A DNA stretch of 64,000 nucleotides, taken from positions 32,001-96,000 of the IMG/VR virus record IMGVR_UViG_3300036760_000689; one strand, written 5' to 3'. Below the pieces are notes generated by a model. The model saw only the letters and a program-made list of their open reading frames with translations, was not told the origin of the DNA and did no database searches. The DNA is from a virus. Position numbers and translations under genes: made by a program. Of this stretch, positions 18,889 to 31,000 are shown piece after piece. Every line of letters begins with the position of its first letter. Position 1 is the first letter of the stretch.

Positions 18889-19500
18889 CTAGTCGATGCG
18901 TTTGGGGTGTTCCTTCATCTCGAATCGTTTAATCCAATTGCAGTTGGCACAAAGCAATTGATATTTGTTCGGTACACCGCTGAGAACATCCCGGCATATC
19001 GGCCAAACGCCCCATCCGAGTTTCTTTTTCTCGGCTACACCGCCGCCGTTTATGTGATCTATTTGCAGTACCCGCTTATCCTCTATTCCGCACTTGGCGC
19101 ACCGATTACCCAAAAACTTCAGGGCGGCATCCCTTAGTTGATCTGACACCCTTCTGTGGTTAGCACGTTTCCGAGATTTAAACTCTTCACTGTAATAGGA
19201 ATTATTGCATTTCTTGCATGCTGGACTTAATCCATCGCTCGCGGACCTCCTACCAAAAAATTCATGTTTTGGCTTACATTCATGGCATCGACAGCAGGTT
19301 TTGCTTCCGGTCCTGTCAATGATCGAGTTCCGAATCGTATTCTCCTCTAATATCTTGGAGGTCCTATATTTGCGGCATTCCGTGCAAACATTTCTCAACT
19401 TCCCAGTATCGCTTCTAGTCGCAAATTCGTCGCTGGATTTATCTTGTTTACACTTTTTGCAAACCATCACATCACCTGTTTCGCATGCGCCTGCTTCCAT
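18889..19500 (-). CDS. HNH-type homing endonuclease with N-terminal Zn-finger repeats
   Basis: Two CxxC...CxxC repeats, then CAKCG...LQIDHINGGG...LLCANCN. True start is probably ~19470 (MVCKKC). Confidence 0.8.
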   Translation of the reverse strand: MEAGACETGDVMVCKKCKQDKSSDEFATRSDTGKLRNVCTECRKYRTSKILEENTIRNSIIDRTGSKTCCRCHECKPKHEFFGRRSASDGLSPACKKCNNSYYSEEFKSRKRANHRRVSDQLRDAALKFLGNRCAKCGIEDKRVLQIDHINGGGVAEKKKLGWGVWPICRDVLSGVPNKYQLLCANCNWIKRFEMKEHPKRID

Positions 19501-19837
19501 TCCGTGAGGACTTCCTGACTTTATCCAATTTGCGGAGTATCTCTGCCGGAATTATTATTTCGTTTTTATGCAGCATATAGATCCCAGTCTTCTTGATCCT
19601 TCCGCCCTTACGAAAGCTGGCAAAAGCGCCGAATTCGCCAGCGTTGGGAACTCCGCCGACATTTTCCGTGTCAGTCGATGGGCCACCACGATTTGCGAGT
19701 CTTTGCGTTTCGGCCTTCTGAGTGACCTGCCGAATGGATTCCTTGAGTGTCCTCTGTTTTTGCGCCTGTTTCGCCGGGAAATATATCGAAGAAAATCCCT
19801 TCATCAGATTCCCAAACGCGTTAGTCGTTGCCATCAT
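19472..19837 (-). CDS. Small basic putative internal virion protein
   Basis: FRKGGRIKKTGIYMLHKNE motif and Arg-rich tail; overlaps the stop of the upstream gene. Confidence 0.6.
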   Translation of the reverse strand: MMATTNAFGNLMKGFSSIYFPAKQAQKQRTLKESIRQVTQKAETQRLANRGGPSTDTENVGGVPNAGEFGAFASFRKGGRIKKTGIYMLHKNEIIIPAEILRKLDKVRKSSRNGSRRMRNR

Positions 19838-20367
19838 TTACCCTTCATCGCCATGAATCCACCAGCCATGGATCCGAGACCGCCTGCCAAACTACCCCAT
19901 GCCCCAGCTTGCGATGCCGATAACTGAGCATATGCCTGACCCGCTTGCCCATATCCGCCTTGCGCCTGTCCATAGGCTCCGATGCCGGCCTGCGTGCCGC
20001 CGCTTCCCATTGCAGCAAGACGCGCCAAAGCTTCGGATACTCCCCCAGAATAGATACCAGTCTTCGTTCCAGCTTCCTGAAGGTTGATATCCCTCATGGT
20101 CACATCCCTCAACCCACCAGGTGCCATCTCCTGAGCTTGTTTCCGCTGGAGATAGTACTGTTGAGTTGCGGCGTTGATGGAAGGAGCCATGGAACGTTGG
20201 AGATCCGCACCTTTGCCCGTTGCCATGGCCATATAAGCATCCTGGGCTGTTTGGCGAGCTGGGGCAGCTTCCTGTTCCAAACCTTTACCAAGAGTAAAGG
20301 TCTGCTGAGCGATATCCATCATCTGTTTAGTGGCGACATCGGCCTGTTTTGCGGCTCCCTTGCCCAT
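19834..20367 (-). CDS. Putative ejection (pilot-like) protein
   Basis: Ala/Gly/Gln-rich with a glycine-rich hydrophobic C-terminus, typical of podovirus ejection proteins. Confidence 0.65.
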   Translation of the reverse strand: MGKGAAKQADVATKQMMDIAQQTFTLGKGLEQEAAPARQTAQDAYMAMATGKGADLQRSMAPSINAATQQYYLQRKQAQEMAPGGLRDVTMRDINLQEAGTKTGIYSGGVSEALARLAAMGSGGTQAGIGAYGQAQGGYGQAGQAYAQLSASQAGAWGSLAGGLGSMAGGFMAMKGK

Positions 20368-20383
20368 CGTAACTCCTTTGCCG

Positions 20384-21007
20384 TCAATAGTTTACGGCCA
20401 CTCCTCGATAGTCAGTTGCAGATTGATGTTTCCTGGCGTTACACGATTGACACAATGGCTGGATGTTGGAAATATCACTTAATCCGCCCCGGATAACGGG
20501 AATTATATGATCGATCACAAGTTTGATTTCAGGTTCGCATCGTTTACAGCATAAGCACATATGTTGATATTTGCTTTTCAATGCTTCCCACTCTTCTAAG
20601 GTGAAGGATCCGCGTGCCGTTGTCTTGCACGCCCTACGATTCGCCTCATACACGGCAAGTTTGCTCTTATTGTTTTGCTTCCATACCTTGATTGAGGCAT
20701 ACGCTTTGTCCAGATTTTCGCGCTGCCATTTTGCGTTGGCTTCCCTTTTCTGTTCTCGGTGTCTTTCCCTATATTTTCTTTTCTGCTCCCTGTACTTTTG
20801 GGGATTGTCCTTCCGCCATTGCCTTGCCAATTCGTTCAAGTGCGCTCTGTGTTCCTTGCTGTATTTCTTGACCTTAGCTGATAACTCCGCGATGTGATTC
20901 AGACGATAGTTTTTGAATTCCGCCCCACCGCAAGTTCTGCATGTATTCCTGTACCTTCTAAACTGATCATCCGGTAGAGTCTGCAGGCATCCGTGGCATT
21001 GCTTCAT
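20384..21007 (-). CDS. HNH homing endonuclease
   Basis: CLCC...[30 protein letters not shown]. Confidence 0.9.
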   Translation of the reverse strand: MKQCHGCLQTLPDDQFRRYRNTCRTCGGAEFKNYRLNHIAELSAKVKKYSKEHRAHLNELARQWRKDNPQKYREQKRKYRERHREQKREANAKWQRENLDKAYASIKVWKQNNKSKLAVYEANRRACKTTARGSFTLEEWEALKSKYQHMCLCCKRCEPEIKLVIDHIIPVIRGGLSDISNIQPLCQSCNARKHQSATDYRGVAVNY

Positions 21008-21013
21008 CGCAAT

Positions 21014-21631
21014 CTATTGTCCTCTGAGTTGGCGGTGTTCCTCTTTCGTCATCATCACGATCGTCGAATTGCTGACGATCCCATGGATTGTGGTGTATTT
21101 GGGAATCGTCGCAACATGCGTGAATCCAATCCTTTTGACGAATAACTTGGCCGCGATATTTTCTTCTGGGGTTTCCCCGATTATCAGATCAACATTGAGC
21201 CGATTAAACCAATAATCCAAGACGATCTCGGAGAACTGATCGGTATAAGATGGTTTCTGATAATCTTTGAAAAATACAAAAGATCCGAGCGCCCGTGTCC
21301 AATCGCCTTTGCAAGTCGTAATATCGGCAAGCCAAGCCATACCAGCGATTTCCACGATTTCATCACCATTGACGATCGAAAAGATAGCCAGTAGAGTCTT
21401 ACCGGAATTGAAAAAGACGAGGTAATCAAACAAGCTCATATCAGGATTTTCATGGAATACCGTGTCCCATAAGTCCTCTGAATGGAGCTTTTTATAAAGC
21501 ATGATGAGCGTTTCGACCGTGAACACACCTGTCCTTGGATCGTAAGGCAACGCTGCCAAGTTTCCTCTGACAAACTCAAAATCCTTAACGGCTGTAGTTT
21601 CCATAGAATCCTTCCATCCCGACTTTATCAC
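21014..21631 (-). CDS. GNAT-fold acetyltransferase-like protein
   Basis: GETPEENIAAKLFVKRIGF C-terminal GNAT motif; usual podovirus position before the ejection genes. Confidence 0.75.
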   Translation of the reverse strand: MIKSGWKDSMETTAVKDFEFVRGNLAALPYDPRTGVFTVETLIMLYKKLHSEDLWDTVFHENPDMSLFDYLVFFNSGKTLLAIFSIVNGDEIVEIAGMAWLADITTCKGDWTRALGSFVFFKDYQKPSYTDQFSEIVLDYWFNRLNVDLIIGETPEENIAAKLFVKRIGFTHVATIPKYTTIHGIVSNSTIVMMTKEEHRQLRGQ

Positions 21632-21646
21632 AGCTTCGTCAATCCC

Positions 21647-22024
21647 CTATCCGATATAAGCCCCCATATCACCAGCAAAGACTGGTATCCGAGCATTCGT
21701 GAATTTATCAATCGTATAAAAAACCACCATGGTATTTGCGCCGCCTTCCCAAAACTGAAGAACGGTATCGGGGGCGGATGGCAGATTGACCTCCATCAGA
21801 ACTCGGGGAGTATCCTCCCGATGATAGAAAATCGGTTTTGGAATCGCTGTCTGGGGATGTATCGCCTGAGATTCATAGTATTGAAAATCGGCAGTATTTG
21901 CCAGCGACCAGCAATCCGATAACACAGTATCTGGGGTAGACGGAAGATTGACATTTGCCTGCCATAGATGCAGGCCAAGATTTATCTGCTGAAGAAACCA
22001 TTGAATGCTACGAACAACCATCAT
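21647..22024 (-). CDS. Hypothetical tail-region protein with an internal repeat
   Basis: VNLPS(T/A)PDTVL occurs twice; coupled to the upstream gene. Confidence 0.5.
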   Translation of the reverse strand: MMVVRSIQWFLQQINLGLHLWQANVNLPSTPDTVLSDCWSLANTADFQYYESQAIHPQTAIPKPIFYHREDTPRVLMEVNLPSAPDTVLQFWEGGANTMVVFYTIDKFTNARIPVFAGDMGAYIG

Positions 22025-22902
22025 CCCACCCTATAAGCAATCTTATGGTATAGGTAGCCTCCCGCTACTGGACAAGCAACCTGGAAGATTCCAGTCGTGC
22101 CTAAGTCGATGGGGATTGTCACTCGGGATCGGTTGGGAAATATCTGTCCATAATAATTAGGATAGGGTGCATAGATATGCTGATATCCTCGACCGGCCCA
22201 AGTTCTGGTGTTTGCGCCTGTCGCGGTACACCAATATTCAACTGGCACAAAACGGCAATAGCCACCCGGGGTGGATTGACCGTCGCATGAAGAACCTAAA
22301 CCCTGAGGTCCACCACATCGTGAGGTGTTTACAGGCGTGACATTATCTATCATCCAAGCGGAGGCGGAATCATTGTATGACAAAGAATCCGCAGTGGTTC
22401 TTGACCCTTGGCCATAAACATAATGCGTGTTTTGCGTCTGGGCTTCGGGAGTAAAATCGGTGATGCCCGCCTTGAAGAATTCGGGCAACTGAGTACCAAA
22501 GTAGAACTCGATGCAAAAATGATACTGGCCAGAAAATACCCAGACATCCCAAGCCGCGCCTGCTGGCGCATTTACTCTTACATTCCAAGCGGGGGTGGTT
22601 CCTGTCACGGGACTCGCGTTTTGATCTGTGAGCGCCATCGACATTTTGAGGTCGCTCGATCCAGCAATATCCGTGAACACCATTTTAAAAAATCGTCCAT
22701 CCGCATCGTGCGGCGATTCAGCCGTAACCGTGGGAGGAGTGCCATCTCTATTATCCGTCAGAGTCCAGGCAGGAGTCTGACCGCTCAAGGCATTATAGAT
22801 GACGGACAGCCCATGCGTGTCGCCAGCCGTGCCAAGCATATCAACTACGGCGGCGGCGTGATAGACATGATAACTAGAATTCAAAAACATCGGTACAGCC
22901 AT
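22021..22902 (-). CDS. Putative tail/virion protein, paralog of 22905..23735
   Basis: Starts MAVPMFL (start moved to 22902); shares C-terminal T(I/V)PIDxGxTGxFxV. Confidence 0.65.
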   Translation of the reverse strand: MAVPMFLNSSYHVYHAAAVVDMLGTAGDTHGLSVIYNALSGQTPAWTLTDNRDGTPPTVTAESPHDADGRFFKMVFTDIAGSSDLKMSMALTDQNASPVTGTTPAWNVRVNAPAGAAWDVWVFSGQYHFCIEFYFGTQLPEFFKAGITDFTPEAQTQNTHYVYGQGSRTTADSLSYNDSASAWMIDNVTPVNTSRCGGPQGLGSSCDGQSTPGGYCRFVPVEYWCTATGANTRTWAGRGYQHIYAPYPNYYGQIFPNRSRVTIPIDLGTTGIFQVACPVAGGYLYHKIAYRVG

Positions 22903-22904
22903 GA

Positions 22905-23735
22905 CTAACTCTTTCTCCAACACATTTTTCTAATATCCTGGAGGGGTGGGCCAGTTACTCTAAACACTCCAGTTACGCCGGTGTCAATCGGGACGGTAAG
23001 TTCGGCATTAAACGCTTGGAGGCTATCCACCCATAAGACGTTTGGCAACTTGCCAAACACGAGATCATAATTCTGAAACGTGATCGGAATGAACAACAAC
23101 GCACCGCTCTGGGTTGTTAAAGAGCTAGGGGTTGTAAAGGGATATCCTACGCAATACCAAGCGTACGAAGGAGTTATATTGTAAGCAAGGCTGCCATATA
23201 CTTTATTCATCCAATGGGCTTCATTACTATAATCATATGATGAATGAACATTGGCATTGGTATATGGACCTCCAGCGCATAACCAGACTGGGGGATTGGT
23301 AATTTCTGGGTAGGGATCCACCTCACAGCACCACCATGTTTGCGGAACCGCCTGTTGGGCATTGATACACACATAGGGTCTGTTTTTGCCGCAATAAGTG
23401 CTTACGTCGGAGCCGCCACCTGCAACGTTGAGGTTTTGGCTGGTTTCATTGTTGATCTGAAGACCATATCCATCCTTGGCGACGATATTTAATTGAGTGG
23501 CGGCGGCCCTAGTGAATTGGACTGTGAAATAATGCGTTGCCCCGTAATCCCCAACTGGAGACTTGTAGGTCGTGGGCGTCTGCGTCTTACCCCCCACAGT
23601 GCAGGTCCAACCGAGGGTTGTCACAAGATCATCATATAGATCGTCAATGATATCTTGGACGTCGGTTATGCCGGCATGGAGCCTATAGGTGTAATCGATG
23701 TTGAGCGTTCCAGCCAGAAAACTTGGGATGGCCAT
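22905..23735 (-). CDS. Putative tail/virion protein, paralog of 22021..22902
   Basis: Starts MAIPSFL; ends LTVPIDTGVTGVFRV. Confidence 0.65.
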   Translation of the reverse strand: MAIPSFLAGTLNIDYTYRLHAGITDVQDIIDDLYDDLVTTLGWTCTVGGKTQTPTTYKSPVGDYGATHYFTVQFTRAAATQLNIVAKDGYGLQINNETSQNLNVAGGGSDVSTYCGKNRPYVCINAQQAVPQTWWCCEVDPYPEITNPPVWLCAGGPYTNANVHSSYDYSNEAHWMNKVYGSLAYNITPSYAWYCVGYPFTTPSSLTTQSGALLFIPITFQNYDLVFGKLPNVLWVDSLQAFNAELTVPIDTGVTGVFRVTGPPLQDIRKMCWRKS

Positions 23736-23857
23736 TATAAGACCGTTGCCTTTCTGCGTTTCCAGAGTAAAGAGTGGGTTTCGCTCATTTTTCTAATCGT
23801 CTCTTCCGAATGATGGCGGCCAATCCAATTTCTATTGCCGATTGGGGTATTAGGCAT
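23735..23857 (-). CDS. 40-aa stand-alone NUMOD3 peptide (homing endonuclease remnant)
   Basis: MPNTPIGNRNWIGRHHSEETIRKMSETHSLLWKRRKATVL*; overlaps both neighbours (TAATG junction). Confidence 0.6.
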   Translation of the reverse strand: MPNTPIGNRNWIGRHHSEETIRKMSETHSLLWKRRKATVL

Positions 23858-25037
23858 ATTCTTTCATAAAACCCGTTATGACGAACCGGTCAAGAACGGC
23901 GTTATAGATCGCTCCCAGCATATCCGTTTTCCCAGGTCCAGTACTCAGGGTGATGTCGGGCATGTTTTGTGGAACGCTGAATTTGGTATCCAAAGTTAGC
24001 GTCCGATTTCCTGTAGCATCCTGGGTAAACTCCCAAATGATACGCTGACCATCTACTCCATTGGTTGGATTCCCAAGAATGCGGTTGGCCCCCAATGTTA
24101 CTCTGAAATGATTTCCTGCGGATCCATCGGTGGCCAATGGAGAAGCATCACTCATGGCAACGACCGTAGGAAGAATTGAACCTGTCGTGGCCTTTACTTG
24201 TCCCTGGACCTCCAGGGTATAAGTTGGCGCTCCCGTCGTTGCGATACCGATCTTGTTTGAGGACTCTTTGATAACTGAATCGCCGATCGTGCCGGCGGCA
24301 GTGAACTTTGGTATGTTACCTGCTGTGCCGCTGCCACCAACCTTACCGTTGAATGTTGACCAATCGCCAGATGACAGGTAACCGCTTTGACCGGCACCAC
24401 CCTGTTTAACCTGAATGCTTGTGCCGCCCCCGACCACCGCGCCAGTGCCCCCTGAGACGGTCAGAACAGAGGACGTGGCCTCAGTCAGGTTGCCAAAACC
24501 GAGGGCATTCTGCTTGCCATTGAATGTGGCCCAATCAGTGGAAGACAGGTATCCATCCACTGCGGCAGTGGCCTTGGTGATCGAGAGTGTCAGATCACTG
24601 CCGAGGTTTCCTCCACCTGACAATGGCGAATTGCTGGAGACTTGTCTGATAGCGGGAACAAAACCAGTATGTAATGCTTGGGCATAGTCCAAATGCGACA
24701 ACAACGCATGATCGGTTACCCCGCCACCTCCATTGGTTGGGATAGGCAATGGCGTTTTTCCTTTTGATTTTAGGAGATCAAGATAGATGTTTCCCGCCTC
24801 AACTGAGGACAGATAACTTTTTGTAACATAATCCGTCGCAGTCAAGTTTTTTTGCAACGGCCCCCCAGTGATCGCATGCGCGGTCATCTGGATCGGACTG
24901 TAGAACTTTACCGGACCTTCCTCACCATGGATGTTTTTAATGATGTTGAAGATCTGTCTGAGGACGAAATTCAACTTTTCCCATTGCTGGGCCTCGGGTG
25001 ATTTCCGATTGTAATCGACCTGATAAAACTCTGACAT
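23850..25037 (-). CDS. Tail fibre-like protein
   Basis: GYLSSxDWxTFNGK repeats, KFTxxxxIGDSVIxES, C-terminal QDATGNRTLT domain. Confidence 0.75.
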   Translation of the reverse strand: MSEFYQVDYNRKSPEAQQWEKLNFVLRQIFNIIKNIHGEEGPVKFYSPIQMTAHAITGGPLQKNLTATDYVTKSYLSSVEAGNIYLDLLKSKGKTPLPIPTNGGGGVTDHALLSHLDYAQALHTGFVPAIRQVSSNSPLSGGGNLGSDLTLSITKATAAVDGYLSSTDWATFNGKQNALGFGNLTEATSSVLTVSGGTGAVVGGGTSIQVKQGGAGQSGYLSSGDWSTFNGKVGGSGTAGNIPKFTAAGTIGDSVIKESSNKIGIATTGAPTYTLEVQGQVKATTGSILPTVVAMSDASPLATDGSAGNHFRVTLGANRILGNPTNGVDGQRIIWEFTQDATGNRTLTLDTKFSVPQNMPDITLSTGPGKTDMLGAIYNAVLDRFVITGFMKEYA

Positions 25038-25045
25038 TTCGTCTC

Positions 25046-28000
25046 TCAGTATGTCTGCGGTGGTGCCATCTTCTCCCTGCGATAACCATCTTCCATATTC
25101 AGATCTTTCAACTCAATCTCGCTCTTATCCCAGAAAATGCCGAAGGCGCTAGTGGAACTGAAGATGAGGCGGAACAGTTTGCCTTTTTTCGCGCTGGTCA
25201 GATCAATTTTTCTCTTCGAGAAGGATGGATCTGGACTGGGATTGGCTAGGATATTACCAGAATGCCTCAAAATGTTGTCGATCCAGATCTCGAAATTCAC
25301 ATCAGCGTTGGGATTGGTCATCGACAACCATAGTCGTCTAAGAATCTTGTAGCGATCATAATTGAAGATCTGAGTCCAAGTATCAGCCAATGTCACATCT
25401 GGTGGAAGTTTATCAATCACATAGTTGACGGAATAATTCCTCATAATTTTTGCGCTGAAGGTAACCCTGGCGAGTTTCCCGATGGTATCTTTGGCCAAAC
25501 TGAAAGTGGACAGCAAACGGCCAGCATGCGAGAAAGTAAATGTTTGGGCCGTCACAACACCATCAAGCCAGAAGGTCAAAGTAGCTGGCTGACCACCTGT
25601 ATCGGCTTGGACGACGACCTCTTTCCAGAGTTTTTTGTAGGGCCACTCTTCAATCACCCATGGCATCTCGATGATCGTTTCCTCGATGCTATCCTCAAAA
25701 TATTTGAACTCGTGTTCGTAAATTGTGAACGGAAAGCCTGAGGTAGCGGTAATCCGCATGATTTTCCCGATCGTGTCGATCGGCAAGGAGAACACCACGC
25801 GCGAACGAGCGGACGTGGCCAGGGTAAAAGTATCTGGTAGACTATAACCATCAACCCAGACTGTTATGGTGACGTTATGTCCCCCGGTGTCGCCTTCCAG
25901 GATCACATCCCTCAGACGTTTTTGGTTCGAAATGCCTTGATCTGTCCATGGAGATTCATGCCGATATTCCTGAAAAGGTTCTGGAATGGCTTCCACCCAT
26001 GCTTTCCAAAACCGCATCTGAGATCCAGTCTCTGATCTCAAGATGACCCGCCAGAGGATACCAACCGTATCTGGTTCAAAACTGAAGGAATATTGGTCGC
26101 GCCCCAGATCCGAAATATATGTGGGAATCGTCGTGACTGAACGGTTATCCACCTGAGTGTCAATTATGATCCCACCTGGGCCGAGGTTGTTTACCTCCAC
26201 AAGAAGTTTTCGGAATCGTTTTCTTTGGTTGGGCGCGCCCTCGTTGCTCCACGGAGTTTCGATGACCGTATTCTCAATCGAATCATCAAAATGGGCGAAG
26301 TCACTTCCATAGATCGTAAATCTCTGATTGGCTACTGCCGTAATTCTTGTGATTTTGCCAATCAGATCCACGGGCAAGGAGTAAACAACTCTTTCCCTAT
26401 AAGGTGTGTTGAGGATAAAGGTATCAGGTAGCGCAGCGCCGTCAACCCACGCCGTGACTATGACATCGTCGCCCGTCGTATCCGCCTCGATAATCAGATC
26501 TCTGAGACGTTTCTCCTGGTCGGTGCCATTATTCGCCCATGGGGATTCATACCGCCATTCGTGGAAAGGTTCTGGAATGGCTTCCACCCATGCCCTCCAG
26601 AATCTCATTTGGGATCCTGGTTCTGATCTCAAAATCACTCTCCACAGAATTCCCACGGTGTCGGGGTCAAAACTAAAGACATATTCGCTCCGGCCCAGAG
26701 CGGTGATGGTATCTGGGGTCGTCAATACCGTTGCATTATCAATCTGGGCTTCAACGGTCACCGCTCCCGGCCCGAGATTGTTGACCTCCACCATGAGTTT
26801 TCTAAAACGCTTTTTCTGGTTAGGCGCGCCCTCATCACTCCAGGGCATCTCGATGATCGTGTTTTCGATGGCGTCGGCGAAATGCGCGAACTCATGGACG
26901 TAGATCGTAAACCAATATCCCGATGTTGCCGTTATTCGTGTGATCTTTCCGATCAAATCCACGGGCAACGAGAAAACCACTTTCTGCCTGTCTGGGGTAT
27001 TCAGAAGAAATGTGTCTGGAAGGGCGCTACCATCGACCCAGACTGTTATGGTGACGTTGTGACTCCGTGTGTCCGCCTCAATTACCAAATCTCTGAGACG
27101 CTTCTCATTGTCCGTTCCATTGTTGGTCCACGGGGATTCAAATCGTCTTTGTTCGAAAGGTTCTGGGATCGCTTCAACCCAAGCGCGCCAAAAACGCATA
27201 ACGGATCCAGAATCAGAGGTAAGAATCACCCTCCAGAGGATACCTACGCTGTCAGGTTCAAAACTAAAAGTATACTCAGATCTGCCCAGTGCGGTAATTC
27301 GTGTGGGGGTCGTTGTCATCGAGGCATTGTCAATCTGAGCATTGACGGTGATGCCACCTGGACCGAGATTGTTCACTTCCACGATTAAATTTCGGAATCT
27401 CTTTTTTTGATTGGGCGCACCCTGATCGTTCCATGGCGTCTCGATAATCGTATCCTGAATCGAGTCATCGAAATGGATAATATCGTGACCATAGATGGTG
27501 AATCTGTGGTCGCCTATCGCGGTAATCCTTGTGATTTTCCCTATAGTATCCACAGGCAGGGAAAAACACACTCGCGATCTTACCTTTGTATTTACGGTAT
27601 AGGCGTCAGGCAGAGCCGCACCATCCACCCATGGAGTAACAACAACATCGTCCCCAACAGTATCCGCCTCAATTACCAGATCTCTGAGACGTTTCTCCTG
27701 GTCGGTGCCATTGTTCGCCCATGGGGATTCATACCGCCATTCCTGAAGAGGTTCGGGAAGAGCCTCTACCCAGGCACGATAGAATCTGAATGTTGACCCA
27801 GGATCATTGACCGTAATCAACGCACGCCACAAAATTCCGACGGTATCTGGCTCGAAACTGAAGACATATTCCGTCCTGCCATGCTCGGAAACATTGATTC
27901 CCGTCGAAGTGATGCTAACCGATGCGTTGTCCACCTGGGCATCGACGGTCAAACCGCTAGGACCAACATTGTCGGCTTCCACGATCATCTTACGATAACG

Positions 28001-31000
28001 CTTCCTTTGATTTGGTGCGCCTTCATCGCTCCAGGAGGTTTGGATGTTTTCGATTTCAGGTGGTTCGGGAATGACCTTGAAATCGTGACTCCATATCTTT
28101 ACGAGGGCATCACCAGAGGGGATAAACTTGAGGCGTATCAGTCTGCCACGGAGATCAGGATCCATCGCCCGGAATATCTGGTGGCGACCATTGGCGACGA
28201 TATCCGTGAATGTTTGCGCTATTTGGCCATCCACCTGAACTTCGAGGGACGCCAGCGTTTTTCCGAATGTGTCCAACTCCAACCATAATTCGCGAAGGAA
28301 TTTGGAACCAGGATTGCCGTAGTCACTCCAGTCTGTGACGAAAGTTCTGTGGGCTTGAGGCTCAAGTAGGATCCGATGGGCGATCTTATAAAGTCGAGTC
28401 GCTGCTATCGAGGAAGCAGATGTGGTTGCAATGATTCGGATCTGGCAACGAACAGCCAGTTTGCTTTCGCCTTCTCCGCGCAGGACTGGCAGAATGACTC
28501 GCTCGCGACCTGCCGTTTGCACCACGCCAATGGGATCATACATGGCATCATCAAATGCGGCTTCAAACAAAACAGGAACGCCTTGCGTATCAACATCGAG
28601 AACAAAATCGATGAATCGCTTTTCCTGATCCGGGGCACCAAGGTCATAGTCCTTGGTATCCACAGCCCAGTAGATCCCCAGATAACCTTCCTGGCAGTGA
28701 TCGGCATAACCCATCTCTAATTGCATTGGCCATGCGCCACTGTAACGATAATCGGTTGGATCTTCGCTTGGTTCGATCGCATCATCCGATGAGACTATCG
28801 TGCCTCCAATCAGGATGTTGTTCTCAGGTTCGGTGAAGTAGCAGTACGCTCCATATAGATAGTAATGCCACCGTTCATAGATCGTGTCCCAGACGAGTAT
28901 ACGATTATTCTTGATCTCGATGTTCTGGTTGGCAGGATAGGAGAAGTAGACCTTTGAATCCCAGAAACCCATGCAACATTCTGTTTCCCTGCCGATCGAT
29001 ATCGGATCAATGTCATTCAATCGTTGGCCAAAAAATACTTGATTGATCGGTTCGGAGATTTTTCGCCCAGATGGAAATTCATAAACCCCATCGTAGGCAT
29101 GCATATAAAGAGATCGCAGGCCGCGAATGATCCCGAATTTGCTCTTCAGACCCTGGTTTACCGGGGTCGTAACCGCACGATAAGCGCCTCCGCTCCCAAT
29201 GACCCGATAAACCCTTGTAAGAGTAAAGACGAAGAGTTCGGCGTCATTTTCCATAACGCGTTGGATCTGTTCGGAGCCGGTACCTACATAGATATAGTTC
29301 CCAGCCGGAAAATGTTCAACTCGCACGGCTTTGGAAAATCGCAAGCGATTAGGTGGCTCAGGGATCAGCAGTCCGTCGTCACTGGTATAATAACCGCCCC
29401 AGGTCCACAAACGATCATCGTATAGCTCAATGCCCGATACCGCATTCATCGGTAGTTGATTATCTACTTCCAATGGTTGGCCAAGAAGTGCATCTGCTTG
29501 ATCGTCCGTAACGACAGGAGATGTTCCTGCCACATAGGGAATCTCGATATCTACCAACTGAAATTGGGTGACCGTTCCCCCCATGCGATAAAGACGGACG
29601 AAATCTGGATTGGCCTTGGGAGGTGTGGTTGATGGTAACGTCGGAATCGTGAGTGTATAGGAATCATACTGCGCACCAGGTGCGGGAACCGCGACCGCTG
29701 GGGAATAATCACTCTCCGTATTTGTTTTGGAATTATAGAAGGTATAGGCCCACTGATAATCCCAACCGAATAATTGTCCCGTGGTCAGCAGAACACAGTT
29801 GTCAAATTCCAGATTCAGGGTCTTGCCTCCCTTGGCGACGGCGATCATAGAACAATCAATTCGGATTGCGGTTACAGTCGTCCAGTTTAGATCAGGGGCT
29901 GTGAGGGCATCCCTGCCGACCCTCTTGAATTCCTCTTGATTTATCCGTTGCCTTATCCAGACACCGGCACTGGGTGGCAAAACCGTCGGTTCTCCAGTGT
30001 TATCTCTCGGATCACCGAATGTCGGATTTTCTGGATCCCACACCAACCCATATTTGTTGGCAAGCAATCCGCGAATATAGATTGGGTCCAACGTTGGAAG
30101 ATCAGAAGGATAAGCATCTAAGAATCCGTTGTTTCTTAGATATGTCAGCAGTTCGGCCCCCTGGTCACGGTCATATAGGACCTTGCCGAAAATGATATCC
30201 AAAACGCTTTCTGGCGTCGAACCAGTATATGTGATCGTTCTGCCACCCGATCCTCCGATGGTAGCAGCTTGAAATGATGAAGGCACGAAAGCCCGTTCAT
30301 AACGGGTTTGGAAGGTTATATCGCCAGCAATGTGGGACAATCCAAATGAGATTACAAATTGCGAAAGATTCAGAGACGCTTCCTCGTCAGTGAACTTAAC
30401 CCACAATTCAATGGTTTTGTCTGCAGTAATGCCGAGATTGGCCACTACAGGATATCCGCCAACAGTGATGGCTTTCTTTATGCTCCCCGTAGCCCCGTCC
30501 CCAGTTGTGATCACCTTGAGGGCATTTGTGGAAATTATCTCTGTTGGCGGGGTGGAAGCGGCAACTGTGGCATTATCCAGAGTCCATGATCCTGCGGTTT
30601 CGAAATCTTCGATATTTTGGGTGACCTCGCCAGTGTTTGCGCTGACAGTCATTTCGTGCGTGGGTCTTGGAATGCCAATCCTTGTCGCCGAAGTTGCGCC
30701 GCCCGAATGTTTGATGAACGCGGTACCATCCGTCATGAAACTATATGGTTTAATTTCTCTCCCGATCAACGTATAAGATGCAAACAAAGCACGAGGATCG
30801 GGTTCCGCTGAAAGATTGCTGCCTCCGATAACGGCCTGAAAGTGAGTGTGCTGATTGAGGGGCCAGATCAAATCGCTCTCTGGATCTTCCACGGGGGCCA
30901 CGTAAAGTTTTCCGCCAGCGATGCAATATCTCCACTGGTATCCATTCATGTCCTTGAGATAGAAAATTGAATAGGGGGCTGACGGCAAACCATCATTCAA

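Noticed and set aside
25690-28060. Nozzle repeats as a CRISPR array or assembly artefact
   Set aside because: The period is 591 nt, in frame and protein-coding, and the copies differ at many positions.
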